Source: Nemertoderma westbladi | Lineage: Eukaryota; Animalia; Xenacoelomorpha | NCBI GenBank assembly: GCA_032718475.1 | Contig: JAUCBJ010006605.1 | Span: 1 to 41,310 of the forward strand | DNA length: 41,310 nucleotides | Reading direction: 5' to 3' | In this document: positions 1 through 11,917 of the stretch, piece by piece | How positions within the stretch are numbered: the stretch's first letter is position 1 | Layout of the letters: the number at the start of each line of letters is the position of its first letter | Notes under the pieces: model-generated | Told to the model about the DNA's origin: nothing | Seen by the model: only the letters and a program-made list of their open reading frames with translations | Databases searched by the model: none | Program-made: the position numbers and the translations under genes

Positions 1-802
1 AGAGGCATATTGGCCTTAAAAAGGTAAACTAGGGCGGTCCCTCTTAAACTAGTAACTCTTGAACTAATAATAATAATAGTTATCTGGTCTTCTCCGCAAG
101 ATGGATACCGGTATGCTGGATAATGGAATTAATTGTCAACTGGCACTTTTGTCAGCCAACCTTCAACGAAAGTAGTAGAACTAAAGTAAGAACTAAAGTA
201 GTATGCTACTGTAGAGTGATGAGATGGAGCTGAATCAGGCAGTGCTAAATGCTCCACTCTCATAATCCCTGTACGGAGTAGCAAAGTTCACCACAGTGAT
301 GATCCTGCCGAAAGGTCTGGACTTTCTCACCGAGAAGACTTCCTAGTTGAAGTTTTTTTATTCATCATAAACCACTTCAATGTTTGGAATTAATTCCTTT
401 TTTGTTGTAATTATGAATACATTCTTAATTGGTTATATTTTATATTAAGAAAGCCTTTTTTATATAGGGAATCATTTAGTATTGCCAAATTAATAATTGA
501 CACTGGGGGGGGGGGGGGGGGGGGGAATCGGCCCCTTCCTAGTTTTTAATTGCTGTATCTATGCACCCACACTATGTACTTCCCAACTTTTTCCGAGAAT
601 TAGTCAAATTTAATGGCGCATCTTTTGCAAAAAGCGGAGTTTAAATTAGATTTCTTTTTTTATTGATTCTGATTTGTAGGGATCACTATACTTCTCTATC
701 TTCTAAATATATATACTACTAAATACTACTTCAAAATTAGGGCGTGGCAAGTAGACCTACTTCAAATTTTCAAAATTACGATATTCAGAAAATACCACAA
801 TG

Positions 803-1062
803 TTTTCATTTCAACGCATTTTTATAGATTCTCTGGACCGCTGATTCGATTGAAAGTAATATTGAAGCGTCAAATGTTACTGGTTCGTCATTTTTGGTGC
901 ACCAAAACTAGGGCGTGGCACTTTTTCAAAATTAGAATAAGTGCCACTCCCTAATTTTGGTGCACCAAAAATGACGAACCAGTAAGTCTTCAGGCTTCTA
1001 TATTACCGATTATTATCGATTCAGCGGCCTAGAGAACCTATAAAAATGCGTTGAAATCAAAA
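803..1062. repeat. ~260-bp foldback (long imperfect palindrome), probably part of a non-autonomous DNA transposon
   Basis: TTTCAACGCATTTTTATAG...TTACTGGTTCGTCATTTTTGGTGCACCAAAA...GTGGCACTT (803-923) is the reverse complement of AAGTGCCAC...TTTTGGTGCACCAAAAATGACGAACCAGTAA...CTATAAAAATGCGTTGAAA (939-1062). Confidence 0.8.
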
Positions 1063-2269
1063 TCCAATCACAGGCCTTCAGGCTGCCAAAATAAGTCAAA
1101 AGATACAAATATAGGCCTATTATTTAAAATAACCGCCGGTACATTTGTAGGAATATTCAGAAGTGCAAAATGTATAAAATATTTGGATTATAAAACGTAT
1201 GTAATTATAATGTGTAATAATAATCATTCACTACAATAATGTTGTGTATAAAACTCAAACGCATTTACTCACTAACGTTAAGTACCTGGATCTGGGTGGA
1301 TGGGTGTATCCAGTCTGGATGGAGACTAACCCTGGGAGTTTAGTCTACAGTCTGCGTGATAAAGAAAGACTCAAATCTACAATAGTTTCGTTCGCGTGTT
1401 TATTCAACTCTCCGGTATATAAAGTGCCGGTCCCAAAACGAAGCGATTTTATTACTATGTTACTATCGTCGTTGCTATCGAGGTTAGGACATCGGAGGTA
1501 AGGCAGACAGGCCCCCAGACAAACCCCCCGGTGAGCTAGCCGGTCCCAATAACATCTGTCGCTCCTTAGATTGCTGCTGATTGGTCAACCCAGCTCGTTC
1601 GCTTTCCAGAACGACCGGGAGCCACAGAACGATGAAGGAAGTCCCGAGTACCCAGACAGTTCGGCGACTAAACTGGAATGCGAGAGCGGCGCCTGGGGAG
1701 GAGACAAACAGTCTATAGTTATTGGAACCGATCGGTGCTGTGTTACTGTGTAGATGCGGTCTAGGGTAGGTCAGTTACCATTAGGTATGTATGTACGGTA
1801 GGTAAGGTAAAGTCTAAATCTCTAAGGTCCATCGAAAACATTGCAGATTTAAAGTCATTAAACAAATTGTAAGACTAGACTAGGCTGCTAGGCTAACCGT
1901 TACAAAAAGAAGTGATTAAAAAAATACAGTTTATTAAATCTCTACCAGAAATTTAATTAGGAACAACCAGAAAAAATTAAAATTAGGAACTGTCTTAGGT
2001 GGCTGATTGCGGCCAATTATTTCCATTTTTTTTTTAATTTTTATCACCCGGGTCGCCAGGTGAAACATGTGAAAAACAGAAACTATTTGACAGTGGAATG
2101 ATATCCAGACATCCTACAGTCCTAGTAGATGCAGTAGCAGTAGTACTGCTACGTGTTTTATGAGCCGTTCGCAATTACTAGATTATTTTTGATAATTATC
2201 TTTTGACATCCGAATGGTTTAGGCAGTTAGGCCTATAATATATGTCACAATAACTGAATAACATCAACA

Positions 2270-2510
2270 TTGACTTGTGTTTTAACGTTTTTTTCATGGA
2301 TGTCAACAGACAAGGTTTGTGGGGTCATAATATGAAATTATCCGTACAGCAAAGTAAATTAGTTGTCTCTAGAAATCGTTTTGAAAGCAGGTCTGTATCA
2401 GTCTGGAATTCATTACCTTCTGATACAGTGATACTGTCAATGCAATTAATTTAGATAATTTTAATCGGCGTATTTGTAATATAGACTTCAGCTACCTGTG
2501 TCATTTTAAT
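2270..2510 (+). mobile_element. Degenerate 3' fragment of a CR1-type LINE
   Basis: Translates to ...GHNMKLSVQQSKLVVSRNRFESRSVSVWNSLPSDTV, matching the CR1 ORF2 C-terminal pattern RGH..KL...F..R.V..WNSLP..V. Boundaries approximate. Confidence 0.65.
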
Positions 2511-2603
2511 AATTAGTCAATTCGACTAATCAATCCGTAACATGTTTTACATTAGGCCTATCCTATTTTATATTTTTTAGTACCGGTACCGGTAATAATT
2601 ACG

Positions 2604-4092
2604 GGTGCTTAGATCGTGACTTTTCCAGTTAACATTATTCCATTTTGTATCAAACAAGCGATGTGGTTGGAGAAACCTGCTAGGGGCTGCTACTAAGCAG
2701 CAACCAATCACGGTAATCCTGTTTAACACAGAGTCAATGAGAATGGAATATTGCTAACTTCAAAAAGTTCAGGTTACCATTATTCCAAAGTAATCAGATA
2801 TTACAGTAATTAAGCTGCTAGTGTTAGTCAGTTAGCTATAATATTATATGGTAGGCCTACAATACCAGTCATAATATATGCAAGAAAAATAAAAAATACC
2901 GTAGTATAAGTGGATTAGTTTAATCACAATGATGTACTGTAAATTAAATATTTATAGTTAAGTCTGGTTTAGTAATAAACAATAAACATAGGCCTACTGT
3001 ACTTATACAATATCTCAGTGAAGTACTTGCCACGTAGCAATAGGTATTCAATGTGGACAAAATGCAGGTCTCACATTTCAGTTCATCACCCCGAATCTCG
3101 TGTTGCCTTTTATTCACACAACATTGATGATACCAACCACTTCGTGCAAACGGGGTGTATGTAAATGCTACGCCATAACGCCGACAACCAACGTCGACAA
3201 CCATTATTAAAGCTAATTAATGTTATTTATTAATTGGGGTAAAGGAACAGGTTACAGTGGAAGGTTAGTCTAACCAAAACAATAAAACGAGAGTTACGAC
3301 CCCAGGTTACATTTTCATTTGATGCTGTCGGTAGTCGGTTGCCGGTTGTCGGCGTAGTGTTTTGTTTACACCCGTACAAACGCTACATCCTATCCATTCA
3401 ATTGGTCCAAGGTCTGTCTGTAGCATTCCCGACACCTGGACACGAGAGTAGCAAAAAGAACAGTTCTGGAAGGCAGGACAGCGTGGATATGGTTTAGATT
3501 CGCTGTCGGTTCTCCTTTTATCAATTTTTTGTTTGTGTCTCGATAATGCAGAGGTTGCTGTGTATTTCTTATCGCATAAATTACCTTCAACTACTTTTTT
3601 AATCGTCTCATTACTGCTCCCATGTAACTTTCACGAGAAAGAATACGGCCCCTTTCTGCCTTTAAGGCTCTTAAAGTATTGAATTAACAAACCTGCTACT
3701 GTATTAATAGTATTATGTACTGGTAGTGGTATTGGCTTTGGCTATTATTACTGTTGCTTCAATTATTAATAATTTGATTTGCTGTACCTTCTGTTCTGCC
3801 TGACGCCTGACTGCTTTCGGTATAATTGTATACTGAAACAGACAAGGCTGCAAGGAAAGGGTGATAATGAATACAGATCCTGAGATGTGGAATAATTAGA
3901 TAATGGCAGAATGGTAACCTGAACTTTTCATGTTAGCAATATTATATTCTCATTGACTCTGTGTTAAACAGCATTAACGTGATTGGTTGCTGCTTAGTAT
4001 CTGGTATCAGCTTTCTCCAACCACATCACTTGTTTTATACAAAAAGGAATAAATGTTAACTGGAAAAGCCACGATCTACTGATCTAAGCACC
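2604..4092. mobile_element. Non-autonomous DNA transposon with ~180-bp terminal inverted repeats
   Basis: GGTGCTTAGATC...CTAAGCAGCAACCAATCAC...GTTTAACACAGAGTCAATGAGAAT...AAAGTTCAGGTTACCAT (2604-2780) mirrored at 3911-4092, ending GATCTAAGCACC. No clear TSD. Confidence 0.75.
3150..3376. mobile_element. Small nested MITE-like inverted-repeat element
   Basis: ACGGGGTGTA...CTACGCC...CGCCGACAACC pairs with GGTTGTCGGCGTAG...TACACCCGT; the interior holds one monomer related to the 68-bp array at 27.4-28.3 kb. Confidence 0.55.
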
Positions 4093-4808
4093 AGTCTGCA
4101 GGTCTGCCAGTGTAATAATTATGTAGCGAGATACTGTATGTATACTAATCCCCCTGCTGCCCTGCCTCGTTGTCGTTCCGTGTTGTCTTTTTTTATTCCT
4201 ATACAAATTCACCTTATTTTAATATTGTTGACTTTATTCTTTTTATTCAATTGGATTTTGTTTATTTCAATATTGATCTGCAAGAGGTACCGGCTGACCG
4301 GTACACTCATAAGTGCAGTTTATTGTTGCACGTTGCACCATCAACTCACAACAATCTGACAATTGAATCATCAAATCCCCTGATCATCATGCGGATTTTT
4401 TGGGTTTTCTAATACCGGTAGGCCTAGTTTTGTACAAGCCATAAGCTGACAAGAATTAGTACCGTACAGCCATATGTCCCTAAAATCTGGAGCGAAAAGA
4501 CTTGGCAACTTGCAGGCTTGGGGCGAATAGGTGATAGGTCGAGGGGCGAATCGACCGACCCGCACCCGTGACAGAGCAGCAGAGTGAAGAGGAAAAAAAT
4601 TAAAATTAACGTCATGGCTGCATGGGCATGGTGTGGGTGGGCCGTGGGCCTACACCTACAAGGCTATGCCTCTATATCTGTCTGTAGGTGTAGGTCGTCT
4701 ACATACCGGTACCTACCTACCGCGTACCGGCAGACCGGTCTGCCCTGCCGGTAGCGGTAGGCTACGTCTGTAGCCTACTGCTGTACGTTCAGACGTTAAT
4801 TTACTAAC

Positions 4809-4980
4809 CCGATGCCGACTTTGAAGCACATTTCGCGGCGAAGTTTCGAACCCCATTAGGAAACATCTCCGATAGAGCGAATATTCTTTCTAGAATTGTT
4901 TCGTCTTCAACATCTAGATCCTTATCTGAATCACCATCCGCAGCATTTTCTGAATCATCTAAAACCTCAATGTCAGGCAT
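4809..4980 (-). CDS. TOMM22: Mitochondrial import receptor TOM22, first coding exon (remaining exons not found, presumably left of the window)
   Basis: ATG at 4980 gives MPDIEVLDDSENAADGDSDKDLDVEDETILERIFALSEMFPNGVRNFAAKCASKSAS; the acidic N-terminus plus DET..ER..AL.EMFP..VR is the TOM22 cytosolic motif. Ends at a phase-1 donor G|GTTAGT (4808). Confidence 0.85.
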
Positions 4981-5075
4981 TCTCCTCTCTGACTACAGTA
5001 CTAACTATTTATATTTATATCAGTAGGCCTAGGCCTATATTCAGTGATATTACTGTGGCAGTACTGTATTAACTA

Positions 5076-5514
5076 CAGTCAGGAACACTGGTCACAATAT
5101 GTCCAATTTACAGCCAGAATGTGTCCGCGGAAAACGCTCTCAGAGTGAAATTTCTCCATAGAAAACAATGCTAAATTTCATTTGAAAACCGGCAGTGAAA
5201 TTTTAACATTGGCATTCTAAAAATTATGCCATTAGAATCGCCATAAAGTTCTGTATAAATTAATTTGAGAATTAGAATCTCATCGTTGGGATAACTATCA
5301 TTAATATTAAAAGTAAAAATTGTCACCTTATGTGTATGTGTTATGTGTCCAGCTTTTGCTTTGAGTACTAGTGGAGTTACAGCCAAAATATGTCCGGAAA
5401 TATAATCGCAGCCTGTGAAGGACAAATAGTGGCTGCACGGACACTTTCTGGCTGTAAATACGTGGACAATTTTTGGCTGAGCTTCAGCCAGAAAGTGACC
5501 AGTGTTCCTAACTG
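5076..5514. mobile_element. Tc1/mariner-like MITE ~95 bp upstream of the TOMM22 start codon
   Basis: TA|CAGTCAGGAACACTGGTCAC ... GTGACCAGTGTTCCTAACTG|AA TIRs; inner ATTTACAGCCAGAA.GTGTCCG also mirrored; right TA degenerate. Confidence 0.7.
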
Positions 5515-5614
5515 AACTAGTTCAGTAGTTGAACAACCAAATACAGAAATAGGTAGGCCTACTGCAGTACCCATGTACAGTATCAAGTACAGAAGTACAG
5601 TCTGACAGGGTAAA

Positions 5615-5852
5615 ACGAAATTAGATCCTGCAAGGCCTGACTTTGATGAACTTAGATCTTTGCGAATTTATGTCCTTCTTATGTATGCATATATGCGAAC
5701 ATAGATCCTATCTGGGTGAACTTAGATCCTATAACTAGGTGATCTCAGATCCCACGTTAAAGCAAAGCGATCAACTTAGATCTTAGGTGAACTTAGATCC
5801 AATTTATACAAATTCCCAAGCACCCGCTAGAGGAAAAGCCAACTTATATCCC
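5615..5852 (+). repeat. Cluster of ~9 irregularly spaced GAACTTAGATCC-like motifs (transposon subterminal-type repeats)
   Basis: AACTTAGATC and variants recur with variable spacers; nearby AAGCACCCG resembles the terminus of the 2604-4092 element. Confidence 0.55.
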
Positions 5853-6289
5853 GGGTGTACTGTGCGTTTGACCACGTTCTATCGATTATAGTGTATTTGT
5901 ACTGTGTGTTACATTGAGCATATAAACTGTGAGCACAGACTCATGTATATGAGCGCTGTGCTCACAGATCCCCATTGGTGACATCTGCTTTGCTGAAATC
6001 AAGACTGCAGCTGGGAGCATCAAGACCAAATATCTTGCCATAGTGGAGTATATGGCCTGCCTCATGTCTTTAACCCGCCGCCCGCGGAATCCGCCCAGAC
6101 CAATATAAAAGCCGCTGCCTTTTCTAACGGGTTGGAGGTATGCTTCATGAATTTTACTCAAATTTATTCCTCTTTCAACTGAAAAAAACCGTGGCTCTAA
6201 CCTCGCCCGTTTTATTTATACATCACCTTTTTTGCACCCATGTCAGCATGTTTGAAAATAAATAAAAAAAAATTTTAGTTCCGGCATAA

Positions 6290-6292
6290 CCC

Positions 6293-6323
<31 letters not shown>

Positions 6324-6740
6324 AAAAATTTTTTACATATTATCTTTATGAGATTGTATGAAATTTTAAAAATCGATAGTTTCAATTCCCTCCTCCTCCG
6401 TGGGAGAGCCAGAGAGACAGTTCTACCTGTAATCAATGGCCCCTCAAGCGGGCCTGGACTCTGGCTGTGCCAGTCCTTTAGAAGAGTGTTGTCCTTGGCG
6501 CGATATAATAATTAAAATTGAGAAGTGAAAAAAAACAAAATTCTTCAGATATACAATTACAATAAAATTTAGACAGCAAAGTGAAAACCTGGTATTATTC
6601 ACATGGGCGTTTGAACCAATTGCAACTCAATTGTTCTTCAACCTCAAAGTGATTCGTTGGTGGAGAACGAAAGATATCGATGATGGATTCCAAATATGTA
6701 AAAACATTTGAATTTGGTTGGGAAATAGCTGATTTATGAG
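6290..6740 (+). repeat. Dispersed repeat, copy 1 (copy 2 at ~29355-29640)
   Basis: Both copies share poly-C, ATGAGATTG.ATGAAATTT, GATAGTTTCA, TCCCTCCTCCTCCGTGGG.GAGCCAGA, TTCTTCAACCT and GGATTCCAAATATGTA in the same order. Confidence 0.7.
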
Positions 6741-8422
6741 CATTTGAATGTTGCATGTATTTACTTCGGTTGCTGCAGGCAATTTATTCTACTTAATAAA
6801 TACACAATATTCTGGAACATTTGTTTATGTATGAATGGCTGCGTACTAGTATTATGATATACAGTAGGTATTGTATTGTTGCCAAGCTACTGATAAGTTC
6901 CATATTAGAATGTAGAATAAATGGACTCCAACGCAGCTCAACGCAAAATATGTCACTTTCAACGCCCATTATAACTGCCATATCTCAGATATTCCTTTTG
7001 AAAATTCTGAATTTACTGTATTACATATTTAGTTTCCCTGCAATAACGTCATCTTCCATTCGTTACCGTTACCAACGAACCCTCTATAAGATTAAAAGGT
7101 CGACTGAGATACCTATTTAAAGCGCCTGTAGGTAAGGATTGAAAGTGAAGGCGGTTTGATACAGTATCTCGACACGGGGAATTAACAAAAAATTTAATTA
7201 TCAATACATTTGTTTCTAACGAAAACAATAAAAGACGAAATTGTGGGGATATGAAAATACACCGTATATTATCAGAATTTGAAAAAACAGTTCATGGTGT
7301 TTGGAAATATGGGACAGGGTTGGGAAGGTTTGAAATGTACGTAGGAGTTATTAGTTACACTGTAATACCCGATCAGAGTTTGTTACGATTATTGTTCGCG
7401 CTTTTAGACCTTTAGCAGTTTAACCCGCCAATTTTAGGTGTCTTCTAGTTTATAAATCGACTTTAGCTTATAACAAGTATTTGTTGCATATAAAGTTACA
7501 TTAGCCGAAGCCAGCCTATGCGCGACCATTCACCCACGGTTAAGGGAGACTGGATTCGGAAGCTCTGACCTTATTGCGGTGTAGACTTACTGTATTATTC
7601 GATTGCTCGTTACTATAATATCTCTGACAAATATTATTTACTTTCGGGAAATATTAACAGTTCCTTTAGGACGTGGCGCTCTAAGTTTGTAAACAGAGTT
7701 ATGACTTACACTAAACACAACGGGATGGCTAATGATTTTCGTATAAAGCGCATTCTTTAGGAAATGCTTTGTTATCTGTCACACTCATGCACACTACCGC
7801 ACACTGCTGCACACTGATCTGCCGACCTTTACTAAATTTGATCATATATAAGGAGAATAGCGACTGACACATGTAGGGATTATGAAATAGCATTCAATTC
7901 ACTCCCAAAATCACTATAATGTAAGTCGCAGTTGCTACAGGTAACTGTTCCCTCTTACCTTCAGTATATCAAGAAGATTGGGGTCTTGTGATTATTTATC
8001 GATATTCTCCAAATATAACAACATATCCATCAACTTATAACAATTAATAACCAACAGTAAACAGAAGTAAAATAATGCGGTGAAAGTTGGGTAGGACGTA
8101 ATGCATTGAGTTGACTGGACTGTACCGTGACAATACCGTGATAACAGTTATACGTTCCTATAATCAAAGCCGTTCTAATGTTTGGCTAAAGTCTGAATCT
8201 CAGAATAATTCCAAAGCCGATGTTCTGGGGCTCAGGAAAAGGTAAACAAAGACCGTCATGCATTGCGCGATTTCCCGTAGGCTTCTGTGCAAATAAAATG
8301 AAAATCGCTCTGATTGGGCGAGTGAGCCGAACAAAGAGAGTTAAGAAAGCTCCACATCGACATTAAATCAGCTGATAGATTTCGTCATCTGAATTACACT
8401 GTGTTAAGAGTATTTGGCGTAT

Positions 8423-8595
8423 TGCGGCATAAAATGGCTTGTTATGTCCGCTAAAGTACACATACAGAAAAAATGGCTTTTTATGTCCGCTAAAACACCT
8501 ACACAGTACTTTGCGGGAAAAATGGCTTGTTATGTCCGCTAAAACAACTAAACAGTTCATTGCGGAGAAAAAATGACTGGTTATATCCGCAAAAG
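8423..8595 (+). repeat. Four ~25-bp direct repeats with unequal spacers
   Basis: AAAATGGCTTGTTATGTCCGCTAAA-like at ~8431, 8470, 8519, 8570. Confidence 0.8.
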
Positions 8596-8629
8596 CCTTT
8601 ACACCGCTCCCAGAAAATGGGATTTAATT

Positions 8630-10238
8630 CTATAAAATATAAAAAATCACAGTTTCTAAAATATAAAAATACTCTAAGCAGATAGTCTTTCTTGCGCGGA
8701 TGGCGTTTACGCAGTTTTTTGAGGCTAGCAAGACTCCTTTTCTCTTTGGGGCTTCTCTTTGCCACTTTACTAGGAGGGCTATAACTCCTGGGTGAAGGGT
8801 GCAATACAATTGCATCGGAAGGTTTAGGATTACGGTCGGTGTATCCGCCAGTCGAGGTACCTGTTGATCGGTATCAACCTCAGTGGAACGAGGTCGAACA
8901 ACCTTGAGAGCGCGTTTTAAGACAGCAGCTCTTACTGGTCCCTGACGGGTCGTTTGCACGAGAGCGGTAGGTGGAACGTGTGTAGTGAGAAATTTCCTCG
9001 GTTTGATGATTCTTTCCAACTCGCGTTCTCGGGCTCTATCGGAATCGATATGCTTCTCCTCGAGCTGATTTTCCTCCGCTTGTCGTTGAAAGCATTCGTC
9101 CAAAACTCTTGCAGAAAGTAGAGTCGTCCAAGTTCGATATCTTCTTAGAGATTCTGGATTTCCTGATCGAACTGAGATAAAGCTAATTCGTTTACCGCTT
9201 GGACTTGCTGCTGCAATTTACGTTTCTCTAAAGAATTGTAGGTTCCTTTAACGATCTTTTGACGAATAGTGTCCAACGCGTTTCGTACAACTCTCCCCTC
9301 CACCTCGGTGACAGGTTGTATCGGGTTAAACCGGGACGATGATACGGTTGAATGGCGATATTAGATGTCCGCGTCCCAATCCGGCTAGGTAAGATGGGCG
9401 AATATTTAGGGAGCCCACAACCGGAGTGCCACCGACTAATTGTTCGGGTAACACTAGATCTTTGAACAGTGAGTACAGTTCGGGAGGATCCGTGATACTA
9501 TTAGGATCAAGAGTCTGAGGTCTCACTAGGGAGTGAGGAGGTCTGACCGAGTATTCCGGAACTCTGATCATAGGTTTATTTAAGGATCGTTTGAGTCGAG
9601 CGAGCGTAGGTGATACATCGAACAAGTTTCGCTCAAAACTACCGTAAATATAGCGAGTAAAACTGTGTTTAGAGCAACGTCTCCGCGGATGTTTATGTCT
9701 TTCCGTTTGTTGGTTGGGTCTTGGGCATTCATCGCAATAATACCAAAGACGCACGTCTTGTAGGGGAAACGCTGGTGATCTTTCTTCAGTTTTACAATGT
9801 TTCTCTCAAGAATTCCAAATATACGTTGGAATCACTGCGTTTATCCGGTTCTTTAACATCTTCTCTTTCAAGTCGATTTCGAATAGAATTTTTGCATTCG
9901 ATTCTCAGTTTATCGTTCCGACTCCACTGGGTATGATATTTAAATAGGACCATTTCCCTTTCGGTGTCGACATCGTCCGTATCGTGTAAATCGATAGGAT
10001 GACCAGTAGTTAAGAAGTCCATATGCGTACCATTACGATGCGTATAGCGAGCAGTGAATTTTCGAAGGTCCAATTCACGAGTGAGTTGCTCCTGGGACAT
10101 TGGCGGTTCGATATAACGACCATCGTCCTCCGTAGTAGTTGGGCTAGCGTCGCCGCGTATTAAGCTATCAACAAACGCTTGCAACTGTAGAGTATATCGC
10201 TCCCTGATACCAAGATCATCTTCTATCAACTCAGTCAT
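8630..10238 (-). pseudogene. Decayed ~500-aa ORF of unknown function downstream of BEL pol (putative accessory gene)
   Basis: Near-contiguous ORF pieces 10238-9792, 9754-9326, ~9330-9145 and 9103-8630/8804-8499 joined by frameshifts and a stop; GC-richer than flanks; ATG at 10238; same strand as gag-pol. Confidence 0.55.
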
Positions 10239-10317
10239 AGCTGCTATATGAGTTTATCAATATTATAATTAGTTATAATTAGGCTAGCAGGCGTCGCTGC
10301 CTACCCCTCTCGGCCCC

Positions 10318-10426
10318 CGGACAGTGCAAGATCCTCAGCGCCGATGTACCGTCGTCGCTGTGTTTTTCGCCAACGTAGTAGCTACACAACGACAACGATA
10401 ACCAGCGCGAGTCACTCCACTGTCCG
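10318..10426 (-). other. Long RNA hairpin ~80 nt upstream of the accessory ORF ATG
   Basis: CGGACAGTG/CACTGTCCG, CTC-GCGC/GCGC-GAG and a ~22-bp inner stem whose five plus-strand A-C mismatches are all G-U pairs on the minus strand. Confidence 0.65.
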
Positions 10427-11059
10427 TCCCAAAGGCTTAGATTTACTTCAGGTTCTTACTGCAGAGTTAGGGCTACTTTCACAACTGCGACTCACTACTG
10501 TAAATACACTTTAGTAGTAACATTCACCTATAAACGCACAAATTCCACACAACTGTCATAAATTGTACACATTCGGGCCATTTGTCCATTAGTCAAGTGC
10601 CTTCCAGAATGCCACGTTATTATTATGTATCCTTGGATACTAGCAGTGTGCTATTTATTCCTTATGCTATTCAATGGGGTAAGCTTTCTATTGTTCTTTT
10701 AACTCGCTTCTAATTCTAGCGTGGTTGTTGCTATGGTGACATTATGGAAAGCTAGCAGTAGAATTAGGGTAATTCCCATGCATACAGATCTGGGATGCTA
10801 TTTAATAGTAATTCTTTAATTGTCAATATCCCCTTTATACATGATTTTATGAAATTTTATCGGCTATTGACTATATATTGGAGATTCTCGCACACTAATA
10901 CACTTAATAGGGTGAATCTCCGCTCCCATGATCTATTAATTAATGTAATTTTGGGAATGTTATAAATTGTATAAAAATGACAATTTATCAAATTCATTCA
11001 AAGAGATGAATTTAAATTTATTCCCGTAAATTTTATTATTTAATGGGAATAAGCACAAT

Positions 11060-11417
11060 TTTATTCCAGAGCATGTCTGGGAACTGTGATCCTTGATTCT
11101 AGGAAATTTGTCCTTTTAAGAGTATCGGTAAGTGCTGCGATATCTTAATCGACTAGAATTTTAAAGGATCTAAAATTTTACAGATTTTAATTTATAGATT
11201 TTCTAGAGTTAACTTGTAAGTATTTACTCTATTGTATTTGTTTGACAGATTTTACAAATATTAATAGTTAATATTTAAGATGGGCACCGATTTATTCCAG
11301 AACTTGTCTGGGGACGTTAACCACTGATTCTAGAATTTTGTCTTTCAAGTATATCGGTGGGTGCCGCGATATCTTAATCGACTAGAATTGCAGATGGTCA
11401 AAGGGTTTAACAGATTT
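11060..11417 (+). repeat. Two diverged ~125-bp direct repeats (period ~231 bp) 3' of pol
   Basis: TTTATTCCAGA...TGTCTGGG...TGATTCTAG...TATCGGT..GTGC.GCGATATCTTAATCGACTAGAATT at ~11060-11186 and ~11291-11417. Confidence 0.8.
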
Positions 11418-11917
11418 ATTTTGCGTCGTACGCTACTGTTAAAGGGACATCACGCTACTATATGTATTATTTAATATACGGTATGAGAGCAATATTGCAA
11501 GAAACAATGTCAGTGAGAAGAGGCAAGTCATATCCAAGGTCTACCCAGAGCTTGGTTTAGCCGAGACACAAGGATCTGAATTTTGCATTCCTAATACTCT
11601 ACTTACCAATAATACTTGAGTATAGTAGGAGCTTTATTGTACTTTAATAAGTACGGATATTTCATCTTACTGTAGTCACGTATTTATAATATGATACGGA
11701 CAGTAAGGAAAGAGAAAAAGAATTATTTCTCGCCGTCGCACTAAATATATAATATATAAGTAATTAAGTAATAAGACTAATATATATTGCACTAATCTAC
11801 TAGATAATCGCTAAAATAACATTCTACTAAATAAAATTAAAGAAAACGATAATAATAAAAGTACATAATAATACATACATAAATATAATAATAGTAAAAA
11901 CATATAAAATAATATAG

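Noticed and set aside
1240-1840. Solo LTR (TGTT...AACA ends, minus-strand AATAAA), possibly of the BEL element
   Set aside because: No TSD and no second copy near 18 kb; plausible but unsupported.
5929-5965. Hairpin GTGAGCACAG...CTGTGCTCAC as an ncRNA
   Set aside because: Single short inverted repeat in TE-rich DNA with no covariation or other support.
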